DNA of 63,559 nucleotides from NCBI GenBank assembly GCA_003427395.1, contig BFEA01000021.1, forward strand, positions 3,542,532 through 3,606,090. The letters are read 5' to 3'. How positions within the stretch are numbered: position 1 is the stretch's first letter; each line of letters opens with the position of its first letter. A program made the translations under genes and the position numbers. Below, in pieces: positions 11,060 to 24,889 of the stretch. The notes under the pieces are model-generated. The model was not told the origin of the DNA. It saw nothing but the letters and a program-made list of their open reading frames with translations, and searched no databases. Source of the DNA: Chara braunii. Lineage: Eukaryota; Plantae; Charophyceae.

Positions 11060-14000
11060 GGTTGCGCCTTGGAAAATTGGGATCAGCAGCCATTCATTGG
11101 GTCAAGAATGAAGTTCAGCTGAATCGGGGTCGGGAACTGGTTGTCAAAGCAGGCCAGGACTTTGCCTCTTGGTCTGATCGAAGCCAAAAGGCAGCGGCTA
11201 TTTCGGGCTGGCGAAATCGCATAGACAGGAACTCGTCTATTCACAAAAAGATACCAGGCCAAGTGATCCTCCTAAAAATAGCTTATCAGAGGAAAGGGTT
11301 CCCCGTGAAACTTTTTCTGAGGATTCTGGAAAAATGTTCGAAAAAGAAGGGCCTGATTTGGAAACTGACCGCCCGTCTCCTGCGACTATTTGCCGTATGA
11401 AGGTTTGAGTAGGATGGTTTTCGACTAGTCGGAGTAGGTATTAATAGTTTTCATTCGTAGTTTACGGTCCTCTCACTTGGCAGACTTGCCTTTTAGTCGT
11501 CTCCAGCTGGCTTTGTGCGCTGGCGACGACTACCGCCACGTTTTGTCGGCAAGATTGGTGGTTCTTGGGGTTGTCGGTGCGAAGGTGGGGCGACGGGATG
11601 GGACGTGTATGACGATACTTTGTCATATTTGGCATCGCGCTTTGCGGGTTCTGCTCCTCCTTGAGTGACCTTGTGCATGTCGCGTTGTGTGAATGTGCAC
11701 CCCGTTTTTGCCCCTGCGCAAGCGCTCGATAACCGCCGAAGTGTTGCTGCTCTGCTTGGAGGTCGACATTCGCCTATGGTACTGTGATGAGTCAGAGATA
11801 ACTCTTTGTCACCTTCGTACAAGGCTGTCTTCCAAGCTTAAGTTATGGCCTCGTCAAGCCAAGCCCCTCCCGTTGAGGAGGGCAGTGGTCTGAGAACAGG
11901 CGGCGGACGACGCGTTCCCTAGTCTTATTATTGCAAACACTACATAAACTACGCCCACGATTGCAGCCTGTTCTGGAAAGAGGAGAAGGAGAAGGCCGAC
12001 CAACGTCGAGTGGAGGATTCCAGAAAGAAAACGGGTGAGAGCTCGGCAAAAGCAAGATCGGCATCACCGGCATAATGGTTGGGAGCCACCTCATAGGTCA
12101 CCGTCAGCAGACAGATATATATATGTCACGTTACGAGGCACCGAAGGAGCCGAAGGACTCAGCTGGTGAGCTTGTGGATATGCTTTTGGCGAAGGAAGTG
12201 GTAAAGGAACAGAAATGGAAGGAGAAGGAAGAGCATAAGAAGCAACGTAAGGAAGCATTGGAGAAAGAAGAGAGACAGAAACGGAAACAGGAGAGAAAAG
12301 AGCGTGAACAAATGGTGAATGATCTGAGAGTTGCAAGGATTATTGATATGCAGTTATCGAAGCGGTGGGGATCGAGGAGCCATGAACAAGCGCGGGGGAA
12401 CAAGAGCAACCGGAATAGAAAAACGTGTGCGCTGCAACGTAAACTGCAACACCATGGCCGATGGGTTGCGAGCCAGATTTCGACGAGGACATCGCAGCGA
12501 TTCAAGCAGGCACCAAGCGGATGGATCTCTCGTCCTTCAATACGTCGGACGATGAGGAACTTCCCTCTCCTCCTATCGCTTCTTTGACCCGACAGCGAGG
12601 AAGGTGTACGATGCATGTAAAGGACAAAGGAGATCACGGCTCAGTACACTACCAGTGAGACTACGCAATATTGTCATTGAGATGACTCCAAATCCGGGAG
12701 TTTGAGCTCGGGAACGCTTTATACGAGAGACCAAAGAGAAGTCGGAGACACTCGATTATAAGGAGGTCAAGGACGTATTCCGGAAGGAACACGTCTCGTA
12801 TATCAGAAAGCAGTTATTGCTGATCTTACGGAGCAGCGCGCAACAATAACTTTCTGAAAGATTAAACGGGGAACACCTACCTAGAACCCGCAATTGCCTC
12901 CCACAGTTTAAAGCAGCTCAGACACTCCTACATCATCATCTAACTTGTCTGAAGAAGACAGCGAGGGCAAGGATGAAACACCTGGGCTTTTGAGACACTA
13001 TGGGACATCTATCGTGAATTGACTTTTAAACGAAAGCTCCATGGACGCATGAATCGAGATTTGGAAGCCAGCTTTAGATGGATCGTTTTTGCCTTGGCTA
13101 CACTTGGGTGTATACCTTGGGGTAGAAAGTTCCTTGTCAATTGGGAGTGGAGCCTTAATCATAATGAAGGTGTAGGTGGGGGAGATTGTTGTGTGTAGAT
13201 CGGTATCTCGCCGTTTTGTAAAGAAGTGTACATCGGGAAAATTGAACGAGATATGAACTTTACGTGGAGTGACCACTGGGGGAAGTGTGGACGGGGATGA
13301 TCGGGAAATCATTTTTACCGACGGTTATGAAACAATGGGAAGGAGAGCTACGTTTTGCTTCCACTAGTTGGGGCCAAGGTTGAGGAGTTGACGTCTATTG
13401 AGACGTTTATAACCGGCACTGGTATTCGGTACTCATCACCACTAGGAGACGATCGACTAGCACACGACACCAGAGGAAAGGTAAGCGAGAAAGACGAAGG
13501 AAACTGGAACAATAATGTTTTAACGAGAAGGAGGAAGTTAGAATCATCAGCGCATTGGTCAATGGAGGCGCGAGTAGTGTTCATTGAATGACTTGCTGTT
13601 GGAATAAGATTGTAAGCAAATCAGGAGCTTTACCTTATTTTTAAGTGGAGGAAACGCATGCTTTGACAGTTGGAAGCGAGTTGAGAGAGTTTTTGGTCAA
13701 TCACTTGTGCATTGTACTAATAAATCATGTACTCTACGTGAATGTAAATATTTTCTTGAGGAGGGAGGATGGATGTTATTTCTTAACTTACGGAAATTGA
13801 TAAACTCGTATTGCAGGGGTAAACGTTTCCTGATTTCCCTTCTAAAGAACCAGAGTGAGCGTGTAAATGTGTCAAAGTGTGATTTTGACTATTTAGTTTA
13901 ACTTTTTTCCGTTATAAAGGATTTTCGGAGAAAGTGCACATCGAGATCTCTGCTAAGGCGCATTGTGAAGGGTGTTGTTAAGTATGACCATAGTTTCGAT

Positions 14001-16213
14001 CTGCAGAAGAAGCTGATTGCTAAGGTCGAGTTTGATGATCGTGTTACTCTGGGTGGGGTACGTAGGTTGCTAGATAAGAAGATCGATGCGCTTCATATCC
14101 GTCTTTCTGCCGTACAACCCTCAAGCAAACAGTTATGACTGTTTGGACAAAAAAAAAATCAGTTGCTGACATGCTTCGTAACCATCGACAGTTCGCCTGT
14201 CGAAAAGTTTCTACCTGCCCTTGTGTGGGTGTGTCGTTGCCAAGGTACCAAGGACATGTGAGATGTGGAATTTCATAAGATGATCGAATTCTTGTTTTCA
14301 TGCACAAATGCTTGTAATATTCCGATAGCATCTAAGGCATATAGAGTTGATTAATTGAGGGCGGAATTATTGCAAGTCTGTAATGGTTGGCTGATTGCGA
14401 AAGATGAGTCATGGGACATTAGTTTGGAAGAAGCAGCAACGTCCTTGAATAGTACTCGGAATATAATGGATGGGACGAGTGCAAAGGATATACATGTTTT
14501 TGAAAATTTGTCCGAGGGATTGGTTTTGGCCCCTGCTGACAAGAGTCATGGGGAAACTATTGTCCTCTGTCCTAGATTACACCATGAAGCCATGCAAGTC
14601 CTCTTTGTGTGTAATAGTTATTACGAAGTGCTAAGTGCGCCGGAACCCGATTTTTTTGCAGAAGATGAAGACCGAGTATCAGTCTTTGAGCTTAAATCGT
14701 TTGGGAAGGTGGGTCAAGAAAGGCACTGTGGGGAAAGGGTATGTTACACCCTAATACAAGGATCAAGAACGATTTCGTCCTATTTGTCCTACGTTTAGCG
14801 AACCTTGTGCACCCGAAGGCAGGAACGTGTCGAAAACTCTTAACGGGTCGTTAAACTCTTTGCCAGGGAATATTTACTTTAATTTGAAATGTATGGGCGA
14901 TCTCGCCATCCAGTTGGTCAAGATCAACAACTTTGCTGGGAAGCAAGGATGGAATGTGGAGGTGACGGGTGCTTCATATGACATCAAGGATATGTCAAGT
15001 CTCCCTCCCTCCCACACTTCAATATTGCAAGCACTTCACAACTTACTTGATTGGCATGCGAAGAGCGGTAGACGAAAGGTGTGGGTTAATCCTAGAGTTT
15101 GAGGTTGGGGTTCCTCTAGTATAAGGGAGTCGGAGATCTGGGTTGGAAGGATATCTCATTCCAAGAAATCCGTTACTTCACGAGTTTTAGCCTCCGTTTT
15201 ACTTATACAGAAACATCTGGAATTTTACTCAAATAAATTTTGACTATTCCAATGGGAAGCAGCATGAGTCCCCCATTAGCTTGCATCATGTGTGCCCATT
15301 CAGAGTGACGCTTTCTGGAATCTTTTGGACCTCGGTGCAGTTTGGTACACGAAGTTGTTTAATGGATGATTTTTGTTTTTTTTACTTTACAAAAAAAAGG
15401 ATGGCATCTCGTATCTCACGGTCACCAAGATCAGGCGAAATTTTGAACGTTGTTACCCCCCGACCCTGTCCTTGAAAGGGACTGATGACGGGACCGGGGG
15501 TTAGGATTTTTTTGGTTGCGCCTTGGAAATTCGGGATCAGCAGCTATTAGTGGGTTATTTTCGTAGGGTCAAGAATGAAGTTGAGATCAAACAGGGTCGA
15601 GAATTGGTTATCAAAGCAGGTTAGGACTTTGCCTCTTGGTCTAATCGAAGCCAAAAAGAAGTAGTTATCTTTGGCTGGCTGCCCCATGTAACTTTTTATA
15701 AGGGTTCTGGAAAAACATCTACTTCGTCCGTTGTAGTGGCGACGACAAGATTGGTGGTTCTTGGGGATGTCAATGCGAAGATGGGGCGACCGGATGAGAC
15801 GTGTATAATGATACTTTTTCCTATTTGACATCCCGCTTTGCGGGTTCTACTCTTCTTTGAGTGACCTTGTGCATGTTGCATTGTGTGAATGTGCACCCTG
15901 TTTTTACCCCTGCCTCTTTTGCCTCTGAGCCACGCCCCATGTAACTTTTTATAAGGGTTCTGGAAAAAAATCTACAATTGACTTCGTCTGTTGCAGTGGC
16001 GACGACAACCACTAGGTTTTGTCGACAAGATTGGTGGTTCTTGGGGATGTCGATGCGAAGATGGGGCGATGGGATGAGACGTGTATGATGATACTTTTTC
16101 CAATTTGACAGCCCGCTTTGCGGGTTCTACTATTCTTTGAGTGACCTTGTGCATGTCGCATTGTGTGAATGTGCATCCTGTTTTTACCCCTGCCTCTTTT
16201 GCCTCTGAGCCAC
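11060..16213 (+). mobile_element. Decayed Penelope-like retroelement (GIY-YIG endonuclease upstream of RT; pseudo-LTRs)
   Basis: GIY-YIG motif GDCCV*IGISPFCKEVYIGKIER...WSDH at ~13181-13280. RT motifs LVLAPADKSHGETIVLCP (~14520), SYDIKDM (~14975), IPMGSSMSPPLAC (~15246) and LMDD (~15360). 11060-11715 is repeated at 15515-15915 and partly again at 15935-16213. Many stops and frameshifts. Confidence 0.85.
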
Positions 16214-16670
16214 GCATACCGTTTTGAGTTGGGCCCAGTGCGTTGTTTTGAATTTTTTCGGTCGCGGGCAGCCACCAATCCTTAGCGTGCAACAACTGCC
16301 TGACCCCCTAAAATGCCCACTCACTATTTTAACCACCCTTTCAACGACCACATTAGGCCTAAATGAATAACTAGTATAATGAGTGACAAAAATGCGTCGG
16401 GCGTGTAAATGCATTCCCTACGGGCTGCGAACATTCAACTAACCAAGGATATCGTAACACACACCATTACCAGCAGGCACCTTGTTCCCACGCCCGTAAT
16501 TGCAAGACTATAAACTTGGCTGCAATAGAAATCCAAATAGTATGCACATAGAAATATTACGCATGTATGTTCTACTTATATTTGAACAAACGGGTGTTTT
16601 ATTCAAATAAAACACATGCATGCCTATTTGCAATGCCACACTTATTTTCAAAAGCACGCGCCCTGAAGTG

Positions 16671-16743
<73 letters not shown>

Positions 16744-16745
16744 CT

Positions 16746-16815
<70 letters not shown>

Positions 16816-16907
16816 NNNNNNNNNNNNNNNNNNNNNNNNNNNNNNNNNNNNNNNNNNNNNNNNNNNNNNNNNNNNNNNNNNNNNNNNNNNNNNNNNNNNN
16901 NNNNNNN

Positions 16908-16972
<65 letters not shown>

Positions 16973-18208
16973 CTTTAGGGTTGGACACCACAGGAAAAAA
17001 CATGGAAAAAACGTTTGGCCATAAAAAGCGGCGAAATAAATTTGGAAAGCTGGAAATCAGGTTTGTCGGGGGCCCATAGCGGACTGTGTTTTGCGGCAAA
17101 GTGCGTATCTGATTTTTTGTAACAGGAAAGGTCCATGGCCACCGTCCCGAAAAGGAAAGTGATGGAATGTCAAAAAGGGAGAGATGGTTAACTGACCCCC
17201 CATTTTTCACCTCAAAGATGGAGTGCCAAAAGGTTGGGGATGGACCGGAGGAATGACCGCGCTCCCCCATATGGGTGAGGCAGGGCGGCGTGTGGGGGAG
17301 GTCGTGTCGACCTAGCACAACTGTCAAGGTCGGGGTATGATAAGGGGCCGGACACTCGCTGGTCCAACCGGCAGCGTCACCCTTGGAAAGTACCACGCCC
17401 ACACCCTCACTCTCAACTTCCGGCACAAAATCGGGGCGAAAACTCCTGAACGACTTTTCCACGCTGTGCACGATGTGAAAATGGCCATGAGTGTTATTCC
17501 ACGCCATACAATGTGGGTTATGGGGTCCCAGAAAGCACTCCTTGGAAAATATTTTGCTTTTGCCAGAATGTCCTCCGCTGCCTCTGGGGTCCTGGAACAC
17601 TTTCGCGGACAAATGTTTCCTTGCCGCATTCCTGTGGGGTCCAACCCTTACCTCGAGGTCCTATTTTTGGGAACCCATACCTGTTCGAGGCATACTATAC
17701 TTTCTTTTTGGTGCGGGACCATTTTCAGAAGTTGATACCCTATATCTGTAGTATAATGAACACGCATTGGGGACAAATAAGACGCACTCCATGAGTTATG
17801 GCATGTACGTTTTGTTCAGGGGAAGATTGTAGGCGTTCATCCTTGGCGACATGAGTCTGGGGCTCAGACTACATGTCAGAGTCGAGCCGCACCGGATTTT
17901 GATCCGTTGATGGTCTCCATATTACCGAGCCTAACTTGTTTGCCGAACCTCTTTCTTTCTGCTTCGAGACGAATCGAGTCGGTCTCTGCCGGGCAGGTAC
18001 GTGGAAAGCAGGGTCCTACTCTATAAGGCTAAGGCGGGGGGTGCTCGTACCGCTTCAAAATCGCAACGATGAAGATAAAGACGTTCCCGAGATAGGCCTT
18101 CACTGCAACAGGTTACCAGTGTTCGCAGCCAGGATAACTGAGTATACATGGATGTGTTTTGTCATGTAGTGTGGGGTTTCCATTTCGGGAATGGCATCGG
18201 GCGCTTAA

Positions 18209-18358
18209 ACCACAAGTACTTGGCCCAGCTATTGACCGTGGAAAGAAATAGAGTAGAAACGTTTCTCGTTGGATGAACTTGGACGCTCCTGTAGTGGTCC
18301 GTACGTTTTCTAAAATCGTGTCGTGTTAACGAGCATGACTCAAGGAAGTACTGGTGGT
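18209..18358 (-). mobile_element. TTAA-flanked (piggyBac-like) MITE, copy 2
   Basis: TTAA-ACCACAAGTACTTGG...AAGTACTGGTGGT-TTAA. Interior is the reverse complement of 7088-7237. Confidence 0.8.
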
Positions 18359-18699
18359 TTAAGTGGGGATATATGGCGTCATTATGCACATAAATAAGGT
18401 TGCAGTCACCAACCAGAGATCGACGGTCGTTTCATGAGGCAACGGGGAACGGTCGTGGGAGAGGGTCGTGTGGTCGTGCGGTGAAGTGCAAGGAGCTGGA
18501 GGTCGTAGAGTGGTGTCTCGTATAGGAAAGCTTGGTTGTTATCCGTTCGTTTATCGTAGTAGGTGCATCAACAGATGGTGAGTTGAGTGAGGCCCTACAA
18601 GAGGTAACGATCATTCATTAAATGTAAAAGAAAAATAAACGGAAAAAAAAAACTTCGGATAAAATAAGAAAAATAATATATGTGAATGTGGTTGGCATA

Positions 18700-21480
18700 C
18701 CTTTGGGCCTAGTTGCAATACTCTCCATCCGCCAATATTTTGACAGCATGTGGACACCATTTTGTCTAGATGCGTCCAAAATCTTGGCAGATAACGAATG
18801 ATGCAAATATGCCATAAAGAAGTGTTGCGGTGTCGGTGCGAATACCCTTACAAGGGTATCCGCCCTGGGTTTTGCAAGTGACAGATAATAAGTTTGAGTA
18901 CGCTGCTTGGATCGCGGTTGTCTATTGTTTACGCCAACTGGATGGTTGACTGAGAATAAAGAGTGTGTGGGCGCGCAGACTTAAGGCGCGTATGATCTCT
19001 CTTTTTGTTGATGATTGTAGAGCCGGCGCGGTTGTCGGCCAAATTTTTATTTCTAATTAAGTTAGGAATAAAAGTTTGTCTGGCGATTGGAATGCTTGAG
19101 CGCGTCATGTGCATATGTATGAAGGACGACATCGACAACAAATGGAGTTTTGAAACATTTTAGTAGATCCGCGCGCCACGTGGTACCATGTATGCAGGTG
19201 TCCGACAATGCTAGGTTCAGCCTTGGGCCTAACGCTATTGGTTACGACATCGAACTTTCAACCAGGAGTTTCAGGGATCAAGATTGAGCGGCGACGACGC
19301 GGGATATCAGAGTAGTGGGAAAAGGCCATGGGGTTGAGGGCCCACTTGGGCTATCCCCAATGGTTTTGCTGTCCACGGGGGAGCTCGGCGAGACCAAGGC
19401 GGTATTAATCAGCCCTGCATTTTCCTTCTCCTCGTCATGCGTTCTCCGTTTCATAAAAAATATTATAATTATTATTATTTCTTGCTTTGGCGTTTCTTGA
19501 ATTAAACGTAACGTTGGATTTGGAGACCATCACGGCGGTCGAGGACCTTGAGCATGTGCTTCTTGTGTTTGATCTATGTTTTTTTTTGCGTGTTCGGGAT
19601 ACTGGCAAAATTTATCTATTTCGTCGTCTTGAAATATGGACCGAAAGAATTAACGGGGATACTAACAGCCGGCGAGCTAGCCGCCAACCATGGTCTGCAG
19701 CGGGAGTTGAGTAGGAGCATACCTGTTGAGACACTGAAAGAGGTGGATAGTGCTCAGATGAAGCGGCCCGATTGGTCTCCAAAGGTCTTATTTGAAAGAT
19801 TTCGTTTCTACTAGCAAGGTCCGCGAGGGGCCCAGTTCAACCTCGACATAGTGCAAGCCTAAGACAGGTCGGACCCATGATTCTGCGAACTACTGAGAAG
19901 GGGTGTGAGAGGATGTCAGCTGGAAATTTGGAAAGGGAGGGGAAAACTCTGTTTAAGCAAGGCGAGCAAGAGAAACGGGTAGGCCCGCAGTAGCATTGTT
20001 GCGCATACCGCTTGTCCCGTTCACGGACTTGACAAGTGAGTTGTTGCATAGTAAATTCTGACTTTTGTGGCCAGCGTTATATCGCCTATAACGACCAACG
20101 CTCTTCGAGGCAGCCGAATTAGCGCACGACTTGGCGTTGACAAGGAAAAGACAAACAAACCCAGGCGCAGTGTAGGGCTGGTGCGCTCAGCAGTAGAAGG
20201 CGATGGTGGGGAGATGGTGAAGCACGAGCGAAGAAGGTGTGGCTTTATCGATTTTTAACTGTTTTCGGTGAGACAAAAGCCAACTCTGGGGTTTCTCGGG
20301 TCTGCGAATCTGAAATCGATGTCAGTATCGGTGGTACATTAGTAGATAGTGAGTTTGTAGGAAAAAACCGTGTGCGGGAATGCAGACATGGTGGAACTAT
20401 GTGGGATCATGAAGGAACAGAAGACGGGGTTCTCACCCAGTCCGTAATGGAGTCGGGCGAGTCAAGGGATGAGATCTGGGTTTTAAAATATCGCGAGTCC
20501 GATGGCGTGATCGAAAGTTGTGGAAAAAGTAGTGGATGATGTGACACGAGAGGTATAAGTAGCATGAAGGTAACGAGGTGTGGGGTTTGCATAAGCGGGG
20601 AAATTTGATACATTGCTCGATGCTTTATGGAATCGAGCAAAGCGAGCTGGAAAAATGAATTTTTCGAAGGCTGCGAACCAGAAGGTTGTATTAGTTTAGT
20701 TAGTATATTAGTGTGGAGAAGGCATGAGGCCAATGAGAGAGTCAGGGAGTAGTGTGGAGACGCTTACCTATACTGAGTAGGCAACGATGTATACTTCCGA
20801 TTTCTTACGGAAAATCTATCTTGGTTGTGCTCATACAAGGCGAAGTAGCATGAATCAAGAGGAGGAAGTGGAGATTTACCTGTTGGCTGTCGCATCGTTC
20901 CGTACGACAAATAAGCAACCTTGGTCAATCTAGCCTCGTGATCGAGAGCTCACCTGTTGACGTCCTCAGAGTGAGCCTGGTAGTGAGCCGTGAGAGTCGA
21001 AAACTTACCTACCAAACACAATATTGCTCGCTCCAAGAAGGGCACCTGGCTGTATTTTGGCTAAAGCCTTATTATATTTTCGTTTGTACTACCGACGACG
21101 AGAAAGAGAGCTCGGTTGAAAAGTTGAATTCTCATCGGTTCTTCGACTAGTTTTTGTCGTTCAAATTGTCTTTCAGAAGTACGGTTGGCAGGCAAATCGC
21201 ACGGTGAAGTCAGATTCTACATCGATTCCACAACACTGTGTGAAAGGTGGGTAGTTGAAATCATACTTAAAGATGCTCCGACCTGTTGGTATCGGCGCTG
21301 TGCTCTGATAGGAAGGGAAGGGATTGCACAGAGAACAGTGAAGGGGAGGAAGCAGGGAAGGGGGGTCTTGCTCATTGACAAGTGTGTTATGCCTACAAGG
21401 CTTTTTGCCATCGATTTCTGTGTCTGTTTGCTGCGCCCACATCATGGATGCTTATCGCAGGTCACTCACCCTGTATCGCT
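18700..21480 (-). mobile_element. Possible highly decayed RT-type (Penelope-like) remnant
   Basis: Weak motif-like peptides in the expected order on the minus strand: VRERDKRYAQQCYCGP (~20030-19985), RPWLAASSPA (~19695), LGIAQVGP (~19355). Boundaries uncertain. Confidence 0.3.
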
Positions 21481-23841
21481 GAGAGCTGTCTGGTTTAGTC
21501 GTAGACATCACTATAACTAAAAAAACACATAATTCATGAAAATCTAACAAAACCACAAAACCTAACATTTTTTATAAAATGAAAAAGTAAAAGTCAAACT
21601 GTTATTTTTTATATATAAAAAATAGAGTTTTTAACTGTTTCCCGATAAAGGAGGCAAAAAAACGGGCAAAAAGTCAAGCGGTTCTCAAAATGTGCAAGAA
21701 AATATTTTCGAGCAAAGAGCATGTTATAACACTATAAGTCGTTCTTAGTAGATTGACGAAAATCATAGCTCAAACAATATAATATTTCAAGACTGCAAGG
21801 TGAACTCGAAAGATGTTTAAAAAAAATTGTTTCAGTGAATACTCATTTATAGAACTATAAGTCATTTTCAACAGTTTTGTAAAACCCAAACTCTATGAAA
21901 ACTAGTTTATAGAACTCTAAATTAATATAATTTATTTTTAGGTTAACTCTAAAAACTTTATCAAAAAATATATGTTATAAAATAAGAATTCAAACAATTT
22001 TTGCTTCGGAGACATCTTCAAATTCTTAGCCAACCACGATCTAAAAATTAAAAAATTAAAAAATAATTTAATAAAAAATACTAAAAAATAATATATTCGT
22101 CCATGTATGAGAGAACATATGCAAGCGAACGTATTCGCGAACAGGATAACATATGTGCGTATTTATGAAACCCCCGAATAGGTTCATCGTGCTAGATACC
22201 TTATAGAACAAAAAATATAATTTTTTAAGACAAATAAAAAATAGGGATATTTCGGTTCCTAAATTAACGGTGCTTTGCAAGGTAGTGACTTTTTGTAAAA
22301 AAAACTTGTTTCTCTCCTCATCACTTCCAATGGTTCTGAAAGAATATTTTTTCTATTTGTTTTTTGCGGTTAATTTACGTCATGTACAATGTTTTTTTTG
22401 TAGGAGGCATGAAAAATGTACTATCATCTTCAAAAAATTTCATGCAAACTTAACATTTTTTTTTAAAAAGGTTTTCACGAATCGTATGTTGAAAGCGATT
22501 AGGTGCATTAGCAAACAGGGAACGCAAAAAGCAACAGGAAAGGTACAGGAGTGAAGGTAGCTAGCCGAGCTGCTAGTATTTCAGTTCACGGGTTGTCGGT
22601 GTTGCCTAGAAAGTGAAAGCTGTGATTGGTACGTTTGCCGTAGCTGGGGTATTTTCATCGACTATGCAGAGGGCAGTTACAGTTGTTATGCGTCGTCATT
22701 AAGGAACTGTTATGACTTTAATGGCGGTGTGTAGAAACTTCAGTTACGTTTGACTACTGTACATGATTGCTGTTGAGGTCCAGAGAGTCATCAGAAGGTC
22801 AACGTGACACTTTGGGCTTTAGCCTGAATGTGTCGACTGAGTTTATTGGCCATCATTGTGGGGCCCTTATGCGCATGAAGGCAACAAGGTCCTCTCCTGC
22901 GAGTTATCTCGAGAGTCTGAACCCCCTCGTTTTGCCCTTCTTACTCTAAGTTTAATCCTGTTCAGAGAGGAAGACGACGACATGCGGGATTGCAACCCGT
23001 AGAATCGTAGGAGGACTCTGTGGGGAGTCTGCCCACGGATTACGGGAGCTCTGCCAGAACTCAGGAGGAGTTCTGGAGGCAGGGAATTAAGAGGTAACCA
23101 TTGTTTTTCCTCTATAAATCCAGTTTTAACCTCAATTTGTAATTCTTGCTATGGTTGACTAAGTATACTGCCTTCATCCCTACTTTAACTTGGTGTTTGA
23201 CTTTAAGGATACAAACCAGACTCAATTAAAGGAATGATTGTGCAAGTCCAGTTTCAGTTTTGTTGTGTTGACTGAAAACAGATTGTGAAAAAAATAGGGA
23301 AAGGTGGGAGGAAGGTTGTTTTGCTTGTGTTTGACTGGGTCAACCAAAGGCTGGGAGAGTCTCCATAAGTTTGGAGGGTCCAGTGCTATGTTTATTTTTG
23401 ATTGCCTGGAGGACCAGACAGGTTCCCATACACATGTGGTTAACCAGGGGTGTTATTTTGGCAAATTTTGCACCGAATTGCACTGAAAACTGTCACATTG
23501 TGCTGATATTTTATTTTACTTTCTAGTTTTTATTTCTGTATGATATATATGTGCTTTAGGTTACGTCATGCGCCCAGTTTTGACATGTTTTGATCAATAA
23601 TGAAAAGGTTGGCATTTCGTTGAATTCGTTGGACGCTTCATTTTAACTCCGACATTGTTTTTNTGTTAGGGTTTTATAGTGTTTTTTTGTTATTTTTTTC
23701 GTTTTCTTTGGCCTTTTTTTTTTTTTTTTTTTTTTTTTTGCACTATGGGCCCATATCGTTTGTTTTCGAAAATATTGATGAATTTCACACCGAAATTGTC
23801 GGCGAAAACAACGAATATTTGGCCCCCCGTTAACCATCTCT

Positions 23842-24080
23842 CATAAGATTGGATGGTCTGGTTGCTCTGACTTGCGAGGGTTGTTTGTGTTTGACTTTTC
23901 AGGGACCAAGCAGGCTTCCATAAGATTGAATGACTTGGTTGCCTTGTTTTTTTATTTTTTTTTGTCTCTGAAAGAGAGTTGGGCGTATTCCATAAGATTG
24001 GATGACTCTGACTCTCTTTGTTTTATTTTGAGGGGAATTTAGGCAAAGGACTGGACAAATTCTCATAAGATTGGGAGATC
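23842..24080 (+). repeat. Degenerate ~72-77-bp tandem repeat with CATAAGATTG core (4 copies)
   Basis: CATAAGATTG at 23842, 23919, 23991 and 24064. Confidence 0.75.
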
Positions 24081-24219
24081 TGGTCTGAAGCCAAGCAAAT
24101 GCCGGAGCTAAAGAGATAAATTTCTTTTTATTTTGTACTATTTTATTTATGAACAGGCTAGTCAGAAATTCTATATTGCAAGTACATTCTAAATTTCAAA
24201 TTTTTATTCCATCTTAAAA

Positions 24220-24585
24220 AATGTCATTCCAATTATAAAATTTTCCTTCTTACTTGACATTTTGTTTTCCAAAAATGGGGTATCCCTTCTTATTTGAACT
24301 GCATGCTAGAGATGGAATAAAAGTCTGAACGAGTTCATGAAATATTTTAATTGGATTGTCATTCGAAGTAAAAATTTTGAATCATAAATAGATTAATCCA
24401 ATTTAAATTAGAAGATATTTGTTGTAGTAGAATGAAAGTTTAAATTAAACATTTCATAAACTCGTCCAGACTTTCATTTCATCTTGAACAAATAGATGTA
24501 GTTGGAAGGGAAAACTCATATTTAGACGGGAACTTATCAAATAAAATTGGAAATTTTAAAATTGGACGAACATTGGAATGATAAT
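24220..24585. repeat. Long imperfect AT-rich inverted repeat (foldback)
   Basis: AGATGGAATAAAAGTCTGAACGAGTTCATGAAAT (24310-24343) pairs with ATTTCATAAACTCGTCCAGACTTTCATTTCATCT (24451-24484). Weaker pairing extends outward. Confidence 0.7.
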
Positions 24586-24889
24586 TTATAAATATGAAGG
24601 TTTTTTTTTTTTTTTAAATATTTTTTCAACTTTCATTTCTCGTGGGAATTTTTCTGTTGTATAACCTGGGTATGAGAGACAAATCATTAAAAGACTATGA
24701 ACTATTTTTTGACAAGTCTTACTTTGGGTTGGTGAGAGTACTTACCTTTGTGGTTTAGACTTGCATGTGACGGAGTGAGATTACTACTTGATCTAAGTTT
24801 GAGTTAAATAGGTTTTGATCAATTTTTGCATTTTCTGGGATCATTTGTTAGACTTGGTCTTGTATAAATCTTGGTAAGTTGCTTTCTCT

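Noticed and set aside
15481-15500. Hammerhead ribozyme core (CTGATGA) in the Penelope-like element
   Set aside because: No matching stem II/GAAA arrangement could be built, and the site lies in RT-coding sequence.
23842-24080. CRISPR-like repeat-spacer array
   Set aside because: The repeat core is only ~10 bp, the intervening sequences resemble each other, the context is eukaryotic and there are no cas genes.
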